64,000 bases of DNA, taken from NCBI GenBank assembly GCA_951406725.2, contig OX597822.1, positions 41,106,001-41,170,000 on the forward strand, read 5' to 3'. The stretch comes from Octopus vulgaris. Taxonomy: Eukaryota. The notes under the pieces are model-generated. The model was given only the letters and a program-made list of their open reading frames with translations. It was not told the origin of the DNA and did no database searches. Below are positions 27,013-39,829 of the stretch, piece after piece. Positions within the stretch are counted from its first letter, which is position 1. Every line of letters starts with the position of its first letter. The position numbers and the translations under genes were made by a program.

Positions 27013-27344
27013 TTAAAAAAAAATGATAATTTTCCTTTTTTTAAAGCGGCAATTTGACAAAATGCTGCTAAGCATAAGCATTTCGTCCGTCTAATCGTCC
27101 TCAGTTCAGATTCTGCCGAGGTTGACTTTGCATTTTATCCTTTCGTGGTCAGCAAAAATAATGCCAGTCAAATAATCGGGGTAAGGGTCCCGATATAATT
27201 GACAAGACACCCTCCCTTTAAAAATCTCATGCCTAGAGTAAAAAAAAAAAAAAAAAAAAAAAAGACCATTGTAGTTGGCACTGTCGTTATTCCAGCTGCT
27301 GTTGTTGCTGTTGTTGTTGTTATTGCTGTTGTTGTTGTTGTTGT

Positions 27345-27379
<35 letters not shown>

Positions 27380-27487
27380 CTGATGATGATAGTTTAACTG
27401 TTATTGAAAGTATTGCTATTTCAGCTGTGGTTGATGTAATTGTTTTTCAATATATATTTCTACAGTAGTAGTAGTTGTTGCTGTTGC

Positions 27488-27518
<31 letters not shown>

Positions 27519-27984
27519 GAATCTATTGTTTCTTTCCTACATGTTTCTTCAGCTGTCTGTTTTACTGATGCAGTAGCCATGACAACAACATGCCACAATC
27601 GCCATCGCACCGCCACCACCACAAACAACCAACACACTGCTATCACCATCACCACCACAAGAACTATCACCACCAACAACAACTACAACCACCAACACCA
27701 CCACCACCATCACCACCACTACGATCACCACGCCCCACACCACCACCACGACCACCACCATCATCACAGGCTGCTGTGTCTTGCAGCCCGTGAGCCCTAA
27801 ACATTTGACAGCCTATAAATAGAATAACCTTTTAAAGCCAATTATTTTGCCAGGTAAAATATCTGATGTGATAGCGTAATGGAGGAGGGGGCGGTACATG
27901 CATCTATATACTTTTGCATACAATAGTATGTGTGTGTGTGTATACATACCTACATCATACACACACACACGCATATATATATAC

Positions 27985-28214
27985 TCTTTTACTCTTTTAC
28001 TCTTTTACTTGTTTCAGTCATTTGACTGCGGCCATGCTGGAGCACCGCCTTTAGTCGAGCAAATCGACCCCGGGACTTATTCTTTGTAAGCCCAGTACTT
28101 ATTCTATCGGTCTCCTTTGCCGAACCGCTAAGTGACGGGGACGTAAACACACCAGCATCGGATGTCAAGCAATGCTAGGGTGACAAACACAGACACACAA
28201 ACACACACACATAC

Positions 28215-28260
<46 letters not shown>

Positions 28261-28420
28261 AATATACGACAGGCTTCTTTCAGTTTCCGTCTACCAAATC
28301 CACTCACAAGGCATTGGTTGGCCCGGGGCTATAGCAGAAGACACTTGCCCAAGATGCCACGCAGTGGGACAGAACCCGGAACCATGTGGTTAGCAAGCTA
28401 CTTACCAACAGCCACTCCTG
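27985..28420 (-). mobile_element. SINE family A
   Basis: Full copy with (gtaaaaga)n tail; closely similar to 35452-35898 and 51482-51885. Confidence 0.92.
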
Positions 28421-28458
28421 TATATATATATACATACCTACATCATACATACACACAT

Positions 28459-28539
<81 letters not shown>

Positions 28540-28964
28540 CACATATATATATATATATACATACATACATTCATAAATTAAGAAATACAAAAAGAAAGTC
28601 CTTATTACAGTATTATATATTTGAAAAAAAAAATAAATAGGAATGGCTTTTCTGAATGAGATGTTTATAAGTTATTAGGTGTTTAAAGTGGAAAAATTAT
28701 CAGAAAAGTCGCCTCAATTCATTTTTTCATGCATATACGAGGGGAAGTCAAAAATTATCTGCATTTTGGCCATAACATATCTTTGTTATTGTGATACTGC
28801 CTTCTGCGCAGAGTTGGATCTATTGTGGTCACGTGATCGAAGTTTGAGCCCGATTGCGCTATTTTTCTTTCACAATAAAATATGCTTCAGCACGCGAATT
28901 CACGTAAAAAATCTTGCAAACCAAATGCAAAAACAAATGTGTGTGTGTGTATGTGTGTGTGTGT

Positions 28965-29786
28965 TCAAGCGCAAAATTTCAAGCACTCCGCTATCAGCCC
29001 ACAAATTACAGCTGAAGTACACGAGACCAGCGGGCAATGTAATCCCAGAGTTAAGAGTCGGTGCGTGACCTGGGAATCCGCATGAGCAACGACGCAACTT
29101 TCCATGTGCACATTGATCAGAGGGCAACACTATGTTTGCAGGCGGGTGTCAGGTTGTATCCTTAGATCCTTCAGGACCAGGAACAGAGACAAAATGCTTC
29201 AGCTTTGGAGAACCTTTGTCCTCAGTCGTCTGGATTACTGCTCCCAACTGTGTCTCCCCACAGAGTGTAAAACTAATTGCGGAACTAGAAGCGACCCATC
29301 ATCACTTCAAAAAGAAGATAGACTCAGTAAAACACATGGACCACTGGAAGATGTTGAGGAAACTGGGACTCTACTCCCTGAAGAGAAGATGTGAGAGATA
29401 TACAGTACTATACATGTGGAAAATAACGTAACCTACAACAATCCTCGACGGCTCTGCACAGTACCAAAGGTCCCATCATCTCCATCGATGACACGAACCC
29501 AATATTGTAATAGTTTGGGATTGAAGGGACCACAAAGTTTTAATGACCTACCACAGAACATCAGGGATCTACAAAGTGTAGACATTGAAGTCTTCAAAAA
29601 ACGTCTAGACAGCTCTTTATCTGCAATTCCGGATGAACACACATCACGGCAGGAGGCATAAAGAAGAGCGGCAACGCCCAAACTCGCTAATTCACCAGAA
29701 GCAATACTGGAAAAATCCCCAGATGCAGTAAAGGTGGTGCACCAGCATGACCTCGGCCTTTGGCTGAAGCCAATAAAAGATAAAAG

Positions 29787-29788
<2 letters not shown>
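28965..29788 (+). mobile_element. CR1-group LINE 3' fragment (RT C-terminus plus 3' tail)
   Basis: Across frameshifts: VRDLGI.MSND..ILRSFRTR..LWRTFVLSRLDYCSQL.SP..LRKLGLYSLKRRCERY.VLYMWKI..FKKRLDS.LS.IPDE; tail ggtggtgcaccagcatgacc..ctgaagccaataaaagataaaaga. Confidence 0.85.
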
Positions 29789-29835
<47 letters not shown>

Positions 29836-29884
29836 TTACAGTATAGGGTCAAAAGGTAGGATACGTAGCCGCCGTGTAATATAT

Positions 29885-30108
29885 GTAAACGTTAAAAAAA
29901 CACAAACTGGGACAAGAACGTGAAACATTTTGAAGACGACAAAAAAACACACAGACGGGACTTTCGAAGCTCTCAGTCATCAGTCAAGAACCAGAAGATG
30001 ATCTGGTTCTTGACTGATGACTGAGAGCTTCGAAAGTCTCGTCTGTGTGTTTTTTTGTCGTCTTCAAAATGTTTCACGTTCTTGTCCCAGTTTGTGTTTT
30101 TTAACATT

Positions 30109-30111
<3 letters not shown>
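29885..30111. repeat. Near-perfect palindrome (~110 bp arms, 6 nt spacer) of a Penelope-like end
   Basis: 29885-29995 is the reverse complement of 30002-30111 with about 3 differences. Confidence 0.9.
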
Positions 30112-30176
<65 letters not shown>

Positions 30177-30756
30177 GTGTGTGTGTGTATGCACACTGCG
30201 TAGATGACTGCGATGCGTTGCTGCGGAGAAGAGAGAGCGCCGCTCGCGGCGGCAGCCACTCCATTTCGCTGAGCTCATTTCTCAGACGGGCCGCAGTTGT
30301 CCCGATTTTGCGTAGTAAATCGGCAGTGCGCGGTCTGCCGATTTATTTGTTTATTTGACTTATCACTTCAATATTGGTTTTTTTGGTGACTTTTAATAAA
30401 TTTAATTACCTTTAAATTTGTTCACCAACGCCGACGTAATGTCCGATAAAGTGACTGAAGTTGAAGTGTGCCTCTTTCATTAATTTATTTTCAATTCGTT
30501 TCTGTCATTACACTGAGCCACGCTGGAGCACCGCCTTGCAGAACTGTTAGTAGAACGATTCGACACCAGTGCTTACTTTTTTTTAGGCTGGAACTTATTC
30601 TATCAGTTTCTTTTGCCAAACCGCTAAATTAAACATAGACACGCCATCGTCTGCTGGCAAACGGTGGCAGGAGACAAACACAAACATAAAAACATATGTA
30701 TATACATACGTATGTACGTATGTATGTATGTATGTATGTATGTATGTGTTTATAGT

Positions 30757-31145
30757 GGAGGCGCAATGGCCCAGTGGTTAGGGCAGCGGACTCGCGGTCA
30801 TAGGATCGCGGTTTCGATTCCCAGACAGGGCGTTGTGAGTGTTTATTGAGCGAAAACACCTAAAGCTCCACGAGGCTCCGGCAGGGGATGGTGGTGAACC
30901 CTGCTGTACTCTTTCACTACAACTTTCTCTCACTCTTACTTCCTGTTTCTGTTGTACCTGTATTTTCAAAGGGGCGGCCTTGTCACTCTCTGTGTCACGC
31001 TGAATATCCCCGAGAACTACGTTAAGGGTACACGTGTCTGTGGAGTGCTCAGCCACTTACACGTTAATTTCACGAGCAGGCTGTTCCGTTGATTCGGATC
31101 AACCGGAACCCTCGTCGTCGCAACCGACGGAGTGCTTCCATTCCA
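30757..31145 (+). mobile_element. SINE group C (head H2 plus tail T1), inserted in a split family A copy
   Basis: ggaggcgcaatggcccagtggttagg..ggtttcgattccc; T1 tail ends (ttcca)2; family A halves at ~30480-30700 and ~31395-31500. Confidence 0.88.
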
Positions 31146-32100
31146 TGTGTTTATGTATGTATGCAGGTATGTTCAAAAGAATTTGATTCGGATTCCGTGC
31201 TATTAAAAGTTTCAAAGCACGGATTTCCACTTGCCTAAGGAAAGGTCCCGTTAGGGGCTTTGAGATTTTAAGAGATTTGAGATCTTTTAAACGTACATAC
31301 ATATACACATGCATACGTACATACATACACACATACGTACATACGTATATACGTACGTACATATATATGTTTGTATATACACATACACACATACGACGGG
31401 CTTCTGTCAGTTTCCAACTACCAACTCTTCTCACAAGGCTCTAGTCGGCCTGTGACTGAAGCACTTTGCCAAAGCTTCCATGCAGTGCGACTGAGCCAGA
31501 AGTCATATTCTCTATAAAAAAAAAAATGAAAGACGTAAAGTCGAAAAGTCCGTACCTCGAAGCTACATAACTTGAAGTTTGCCTGTTTCTTTATTTCTGG
31601 TTCCTTACGTTGTGAGTTCAAATCCCGCTGAAGATATCTCTGCCTTTAGTTTCTTACGGAACCAACAAAATAAAATACCAGTCAAGTCCTGGAGGCCATT
31701 TAATATTCATACAATGTAACCAGCTGGGGATGGAATTATGACTATAAAAAAGAAAGAAAAAAACTAATTGGTTTGAAAAGAGTCCTATAGATCAGTGATT
31801 CCCCATAGTATCATACATATTAGTGGCTCCATGTCGAGTCACACTCCAGTAACTGTACATGAGAGTCACATATCACTGGCTCCGCCATGAACAGACATAT
31901 TACACGGTGTCCATTAAGCAGAATATTACACGTGATCTCTATCTGGCTTAGCAGACGTTCCGGGCATTGGGTAGCGGGAGGAAGTGTCATACATCTGTGT
32001 GGATACACATACATGCACATACACGCACACACACATACACTCCCCCACACACATATATATGCACGTACATGCACACATGCTCATAGATACACATATATAC

Positions 32101-32165
<65 letters not shown>

Positions 32166-32370
32166 TGTGTGTGTATTCACGCACACGTGTACATTTATAA
32201 ACACACACACACACATGATTGTATGATTTGAAAATCCACTTCACGACCTCCTAGATATAGACAGGTATGGAATAAGCGCGTGTGCGTGTCTGAGTGATTG
32301 CGCGCGCGCGAGCGTGTGTATCCTATATACACATACACACATCTGTATGTCTCTGCATATATGTTTACAT

Positions 32371-32464
<94 letters not shown>

Positions 32465-32523
32465 GTATATGTATGTGTGTGTGTGTGTTTATGTGCGTTT
32501 TTGTGTGTGTGTGTGTGTGTGTA

Positions 32524-32560
<37 letters not shown>

Positions 32561-32801
32561 AAGAGAGATGACAAAGGAATAAACGAATATCTTATGAACT
32601 CAATTTGCTTACAGCTGTTTCTCCTATAGATGTAAAGGACGCACCTGAATAACGTATTATAGTAACATCGGAGCCTCGGACATGAAGTGCAATTTATTTG
32701 GGATAGAATGACGTTTGTGCCTATATAGGGAACGGATATATGTGTATACACACACACACACACACACACATACACACACACATATATATATACACACACA
32801 T

Positions 32802-32847
<46 letters not shown>

Positions 32848-33569
32848 TTGTATATGTGGGTACAGGACGTCACCAACAGTAAACAATATGAAATACGAAA
32901 ACAAATAAGTTCAATACGCAAACAACGAGAGAAACAAAAATGGAAAACAGAATAAGTAACACAAAGAACGACCCTTCATTAATTGTCGGCTGTCTATCTA
33001 CTCCTTATTTTGAGCAATGAATGACAATATGAGTCTTCGAAGACAGTCGCTCTCATAAAAAACCAAAATAAGACTTAGGATTTATGGAGGGTCAATGTTG
33101 GAAACAAAAATAAGACAGTGGAGACATACAAGGAAGCCGAACGGAAATAAACATGGAGGGTCGTTAGACCAGAAAGAGGATAAAATAACGAACACTGGAG
33201 AAGTATTTTCTTTGAAAAGAGAAAAGCTAGAAGAGAGAGATAGAATACGTCCAGTACTTAGGACAGACCTGAAGGAAGAAAGATAATCACGTAAGGAAAA
33301 GAAAGATGGACGATGGATATAATGTAGTAAAAGAGATTAATAAATCCAGGCAGATATCCATAAAACACTCCATGTTAAAAGAATTTGGTTAACTATATCC
33401 AAAAATCAAACACCAATAAATTAAAGTAGAAAAACCGTCCAGAATGATTCTTCGTGTGTGATAATTAAATCCAAATATCGTTTACATGAATTTCAAGAAA
33501 TTCGGAGTATTAGACAACAAGAATAACAATGGAATAAATTACACCTTTGATGGTTACAGCATACATGTT

Positions 33570-33910
33570 AAGGCGCATTGCTCAATGGTTAGAACGTCTG
33601 GCTCACAATCACGAGGTAGTGAGTTCGATTCCGGGTCTGGGCTATGTGTTGTGTTCTTGAGCAAATCGCTTTATCTCACGTTGCTCTAGTTTACTCAGCT
33701 GTAGAAATTAGTTGCGATATCACTAGTGCCAAGATGTATCGGCCCCTTTGCCTTTCCCTTGGATAACATCGGTGGCAGGGAGAGGGCAGGTTGGTACGCA
33801 TAAGCGACTGCTGGTCTTCCATAAACACATTTCCCTGACTTGTGTCCGGGAATGGTAACTTTCTAGGTTCAATCCCATGGTCATTCATGACCGAAGGAGG
33901 TCTTTACACC
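33570..33910 (+). mobile_element. SINE group C (head H1 plus tail T3)
   Basis: H1/CORE-like body, then gtgccaag.tgtatcggcc..ttgcctttcc tail shared with 55398-55592. Confidence 0.8.
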
Positions 33911-34320
33911 ATACATTACCAGTCGATGTGCCAGCTTCTTTGGATGCAGAAAAAGGTAAAAAATATCAAATTAACGTATCCGAATATGCTAACACAGTGT
34001 TATCAAGCCAATCCAAAATTGATTAAATTCAACGTGAACTAAGAACATACAAAAAGATTGATGAACGCATACAAAAAGATTGTTGCATGCGTCTCCCAAA
34101 ATTACTGGCTGTATGTCAGAATCTCAAACCAAAATTTTAACAACAGAGCTTAGGAAAAATACATCGAGAGCACTTCTACATATAATATACACATATTTAA
34201 GGGTTTCACATATGTTATGTAGTGAGCTGAATTGCTTTGTTTTACTGAGATTATCCATGCGATTGACAAAAAATCCGAGGGCTGATTAAATTCAAAAACA
34301 ATAATCAAGACAGAGAAATA

Positions 34321-34884
34321 TTGGGTTGTCCGGAAAGTTCGTGCCGATTTTTAAAGGAAAGAAAAAGGTCAATAAATACTTGCCATTACATTTTTAATGA
34401 ACCAAGCATGAACCATTTTGTTGCACAATGCGTCTCCATCTTACCTTTAACTTGAAAATACCCTCTTTCCAGAATTGAAGTGGTTTCATAGCAAAGAATT
34501 CATCAAGCTATCATTTTACGTCATCCAAGGAATTGACATTTTTACCATGAAGACTATTCTGCAGAGACCTGAATAAGTGGAAATCCGAAGGAGCAATATC
34601 TGGTTTATATGGAGGGTGGGTTAACACATCCCAGCCGAGCTGCAGCAATTTTTGTCTGGTTCCCAAAGCATGAAGTGCCGGAAAGGAACTTTCTTATCTT
34701 CCATTTTAAAGGGTTACAGAATTAACATAGGTTATAGGAACATAAACCTTCTTCCACGAAAAGATAGCTAAAACTGCTCTAAATGGAGGTGTAGTCAAAT
34801 CCTATTTTATGGACTCAACCATGTAATAAAATAAGTCGAAAGTTAAACTACTATAAATCGGCACGAACTTTTCGGACAACCCAA
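34321..34884 (-). mobile_element. Internally deleted mariner (564 bp)
   Basis: TIRs ttgggttgtccggaaagttcgtgccgattt / aaatcggcacgaacttttcggacaacccaa with TA flanks; minus-strand remnant QKLLQLGWDVLTHPPYKPDIAPSDFHLFRSLQNSL. Confidence 0.92.
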
Positions 34885-35160
34885 TATAAATAGCTGCGGA
34901 TCTTGTCTTAAAATCCAGCTTGTGAAAATAAAGGACATGCTTCACTCTTATTAGATCTCCTCAACGAAGCATATTCACCTGAAATATAATATTTTCAGTC
35001 ATTTAGTAATCGACAATCCATGCCTGGCAGATTAGCGGACCCTAACCTATTTTGCCCCAAGCATCGGTTTCAAACAAGACAATTTTCCACAGATAAAAGT
35101 GCAAAATATATGATTTGGTTATTATATATACAATACTGACATACTTACATAATTATATTA

Positions 35161-35229
<69 letters not shown>

Positions 35230-35451
35230 AATATATGTGTCAATGTATGTATTTATATGTGTGTATGTTTATGTATATGTATGTATATTCATTTAAATAC
35301 AGTGCACATTTAAACACATAAGAGGTTACACATAAGTTAAGAGGTTACAGATTTAAACACATAAGTGTTTAAATGTAGACTGCATTTATATGAAATATAT
35401 ACAGTCTATTGACTAATTTTTCAACACGCTAGGCCACTGGTACTCTCTCTT

Positions 35452-35679
35452 TCTCTTTTACTCTTTTACTCTTTTACTTGTTTCATTCATTTGACTGCGG
35501 CCATGCTGGAGCACCGCCTTTAGTCGAGCAAATCGACCCCGAGACTTATTCTTTGTAAGCCCAGTACTTATTCTATCGGTCTCTTTTGCCGAACCGCTAA
35601 GTGACGGGGACGTAAACACACCAGCATCGGTTGTCAAGCAATGCTAGGGGGACAAACACAGACACACAAACACACATAC

Positions 35680-35733
<54 letters not shown>

Positions 35734-35898
35734 TTCGACAGGCTTCTTTCAGTTTCCGTCTACCAAATCCACTCACAAGGCATTGGTCGGCCCGGGGCTA
35801 TAGCAGAAGACACTTGCCCAAGATGCCACGCAGTGGGACTGAACCCGGAACCATGTGGTTGGTTAGCAAGCTACTTACCACACAGCCACTCCTGCGCC
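35452..35898 (-). mobile_element. SINE family A, full length
   Basis: Complete head ..cagccactcctgcgcc and tail repeats. Confidence 0.93.
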
Positions 35899-35943
35899 TA
35901 TGGTAGTAAATATTTAAAAAGTTTTTTCTTACCCTAATCTTAT

Positions 35944-35986
<43 letters not shown>

Positions 35987-36069
35987 TTAAAATAATAAGG
36001 GTGAAAAATTGAATATTAATATGTATGCATATATATATATACATATATGCATATATATATATACATATA

Positions 36070-36221
<152 letters not shown>

Positions 36222-36406
36222 GTGAGAGATTGATGGAGAGATAGACAGATAGATAGATACATACATACGTATACATACATACATACATACATACATACAT
36301 ACATACATACATACATAAATGTATATATATTACTCTACCTCTGGTATTTGAGTACTCTTTTTTCTACATTGTTTCACATTTATGTGCTTACTCTGGTATA
36401 TATATA

Positions 36407-36778
36407 TCTCTCTCTATATAAACGGCAGTTTGTCTGTGTGTGTTTCTGTGTGTCTGTTTGCTTGTACCCTCACTCTGACCACGGCTTTCAACCGATTCTG
36501 ATGAAACTTGACACACACATAGCCCAATGTCATAATTCAAAACTAACGCAGCGAAAATTTTGAAAAGTTCCCCCAGTTCTGAAAAAAATCGATAAATTCG
36601 ACATGGGGTCGATAATCAGAAACACAAACCACAGACTGTCTAGGGGACGCAACTCCACCTTTTTAACTCTCAAAAAAATTTACCATCATTTTCCCCCCAT
36701 ATTTTGGCTATAACTATCTAAAAATGCTTTATAGTTATTTCCCTTACAAACCCGAGCAACGCCGGGCGATACTGCTAG
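36407..36778 (+). mobile_element. Non-autonomous Helitron
   Basis: 5' TC, 3' CTAG, subterminal hairpin cccgagcaacgccggg, inserted between A and T without TSD; second copy at 60476-60845. Confidence 0.88.
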
Positions 36779-37040
36779 TATATATATAAAAGATAAAGCT
36801 TACTTGGAAATGGATGCGTGGCGTTCGATCATATAATAATATAAATAACATATATATGCATATAACCATTGTTGGCGCGTTTACGTCCTTGTGTTCTTGC
36901 GGTACGGCAGAAGAACCGATAGAATAATGCTAGGATTAAAAAGAAAATAATTACTGGGGTCGATTCTTTTGATTAAAAATTCTTCCAGGTGGTGCCCTAG
37001 TATAGCCGCAGTCTAATGACTGAAACAAGGAAACAAGGAA

Positions 37041-37127
<87 letters not shown>

Positions 37128-37391
37128 GTTGCCTTTGAGTTTGTCTTCCACCACCGCTTGACAACCGGTGCAGGTTTCTTTAACGTCCTCGTAATTTAAT
37201 GATTCCGCAAACGAGACGGATAAGAAAAAGTACCAGGCTTTACAAAAAGTCCCGGTGACGATTTGCTCGACTAAACCCATCACGGCAGTGATCCAGCATC
37301 GCTGTAGTCCAATGAGTGAAAAAAGTAAAAGGTGAAAAGTAAAAGATTTGTGAAATATGGTCTAAAGAAGTGGTCCTCAACCATTTCTTTT

Positions 37392-37919
37392 CCTTTTTAT
37401 TGCCCACAAGGAACTAAACATAGAGGAGACAAACAAAGACAGACATCGACCCCAGTGCATAACTGGTATTTAATTTATCGACCTCGAAAGGATGAAAGGC
37501 AAAGTCGACCTTGGCGGAATTTGAACTCAGAACGTAACAGCAGACGAAATACCTATTTCTATTTCTTTACTATCCACAAGGGGCTAAACACAGAGAGGAC
37601 AAACAAGGACAGACAAACGGATTAAGTCGATTATATATATACATATATACGACGGGCTTCTTTCAGTTTCCGCCTACCAAATCCACTCACAAGGCTTTGG
37701 TCGACCTGTGGATATAATAGAAGACACTTGCCCAAGGTGCCACGCAGTGGGAATGAACCTGGAACCATGTGGTGCGTAACTGGTACTTATTTAATCGACT
37801 ACGAAAAGATGAAAGGCAAAGTCGACCTTCGCGGAATTTGAACTCAGAACGTAGCGGCAGACGAAATAGCGCTAAGCATTTCGCCGGGCTTGCTAACGTC
37901 TCTTCCAGCTCGCCGCCTT
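37392..37919 (-). mobile_element. SINE family B dimer with 18 bp TSD and an internal family A fragment
   Basis: TSD tcctcaaccatttctttt at 37374-91 and 37920-37. Confidence 0.9.
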
Positions 37920-38048
37920 TCCTCAACCATTTCTTTTAACCTATGAAGCCCCTTCGATGCCTATTTTTATCTACTGGACCCCCATAGTCATTCGAAGTTT
38001 TAAAATATTTCATTATATTTTTTACAATTAAATATTATTAGGAATTGT

Positions 38049-38299
38049 GGAGGCGCGTGGCTTAGTGGTTAGGGTGTCAGTACCATGACCGTAAGATTGT
38101 GGTTTCGATTCCTGGATCGGGCGATGCATTGTTTTCTTGAGCAAAACACTTCATTTCACGTTGCTCCAGTCCACTCAGCTGGCAAAACTGAGTAACGCTG
38201 CGATGGACTGGCGTCCCGTCCAGCTGGGGAACACATACGCCATAGAAACCGGGAAACCGGGCCCATGAGCCTGGTTAGGCTTTAAAAGGGCGCATTTAT
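38049..38299 (+). mobile_element. SINE group C (head H1 plus tail T2) with 16 bp TSD
   Basis: TSD tattattaggaattgt at 38033-48 and 38300-15; tail gcgatggactggcgtcccgtccag..gaaaccggg. Confidence 0.9.
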
Positions 38300-38395
38300 T
38301 ATTATTAGGAATTGTATAAGTAAATTTGTTAATATATTTTGTGTATTGTAGAAGTATAAGCAACGTATCGCACATAATTTTTAACAACAAAATCC

Positions 38396-38744
38396 GGTAG
38401 TTTTTAGTTATCTCACCCCCATTAAAAAATTGGATTATCTCCCCCAACTAAAAAAAATTGTTTAACCCTCAATACAACAAAACAAAGCAAAATGAAAAAT
38501 TAATAAGATTGAGTGGCTGTGTGGTAAGTAGCTTACCAACCACATGGTTCCAGGTTCATTCCCACTGCGTGGCACCTTGGGCAAGTGTCTTCTATTATAG
38601 CCACAGGTCGACCAAAGCCTTGTGAGTGGATTTGGTAGACGGAAACTGAAAGAAGCCCGTCGTATATATGTATATATATATATCGGGCCGACCAAAGCCT
38701 TGTGAGTGGATTTGGTAGACGGAAACTGAAAGAAGCCTGTCGTA

Positions 38745-38788
<44 letters not shown>

Positions 38789-39005
38789 AGACTGTGTTTG
38801 TGTGTCTGTGCTTGTCCCCCTAGTATTGCTTGACAACCGATGCTGGTGTGTTTATGTCCCCGTCACTTAGCGGTTCGGCAAAAGAGACCGATAGAATAAG
38901 TACTGGGCTTACAAAGAATAAGTCCCGGGGTCGAGTTGCTCGATTAAAGGTGGTGCTCCAGCATGGCCGCAGTCAAATGCCTGAAACAAGTAAAAGAGTA
39001 AAAGA

Positions 39006-39067
<62 letters not shown>

Positions 39068-39548
39068 GTATATATTTGTATATATATACATACATATATA
39101 TAAATATGTATGTATGTGTTTGTGTGTTTGTGTTTGTCCCCCAACATCGCTTGACAACCGATGCTGGTGTATTTACGTCCCCGTAACTTAGCGGTTCGGC
39201 AAAAGAGACCGATAGAATAAGTACTAGGATTACAAAGAATAAGTCATGGGGGGGGGGGGCGATGTGTTCGACTAAAGATGGTGCTCCAGCATGGCCGCAG
39301 TCAAATGACTGAAACTAATAAAAGAATAAAAGAAAAGAATATTGTTGAATCCGATAACGTTTTTATAACAGATTATACCATTCCTATTAAGGAGGCCAAA
39401 AATCAACAATGTTTTGAAGTACTGAATCAAAAGGATCTTACTCTTAATCCATTCTCTTGACGCCACATAAACTCAATTTTTTAGTAGGGAGATAACCCAA
39501 TTTTTAATGGCAATTTTTTTAGATGGGGGTGAGATAACATATTGTACC
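38396..39548. mobile_element. Merlin-like MITE (GGTA..TACC termini, 8 bp TSD)
   Basis: TSD caaaatcc at 38388-95 and 39549-56; inverted gttatctcaccccca / tgggggtgagataac plus subterminal inverted repeats. Superfamily inferred from GG termini and 8 bp TSD. Confidence 0.65.
38510..39332 (+). mobile_element. SINE family A with internal tandem duplications
   Basis: Body segment repeated (38610-38670, 38684-38750); 3' half repeated (38795-39006, 39120-39332). Confidence 0.88.
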
Positions 39549-39568
39549 CAAAATCCTATATGGATCCC

Positions 39569-39829
39569 GGAGTCCGGGTAAAAATCTCCTAGATCAAAAT
39601 CCCCTCGGACAAAACCCCTAAGTTGAAGTGCGAAAGAAGACAAAACCCCGTTTAGTTATATTTTTGGCAGTGGTGTAAAAATAACCAATCCACCTCAGCA
39701 CCTCTTTTTTTGTTTCCTTCTTTGCAGATTCCGCCGTTTTCGCAACGGTGGTTCGGACTCTAACAAAAGCAAAACCGACATTTTGTCCGAGGGGGAGTGG
39801 TTGTCCTAGGGGCGTTTTGCCCTACACTC
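39569..39829. mobile_element. MULE-like MITE
   Basis: Inverted cccctcggacaaaa / ttttgtccgagggg with gagt../..actc ends; imperfect 9 bp flanks atggatccc / atggaggcc. Confidence 0.5.

Noticed and set aside
27285-27770. His/Pro/Thr-rich coding exon
   Set aside because: Mixed (GTT)n/(GAT)n/(CAC)n low-complexity sequence, like 950-1280 and 48440-48600; no coding signal
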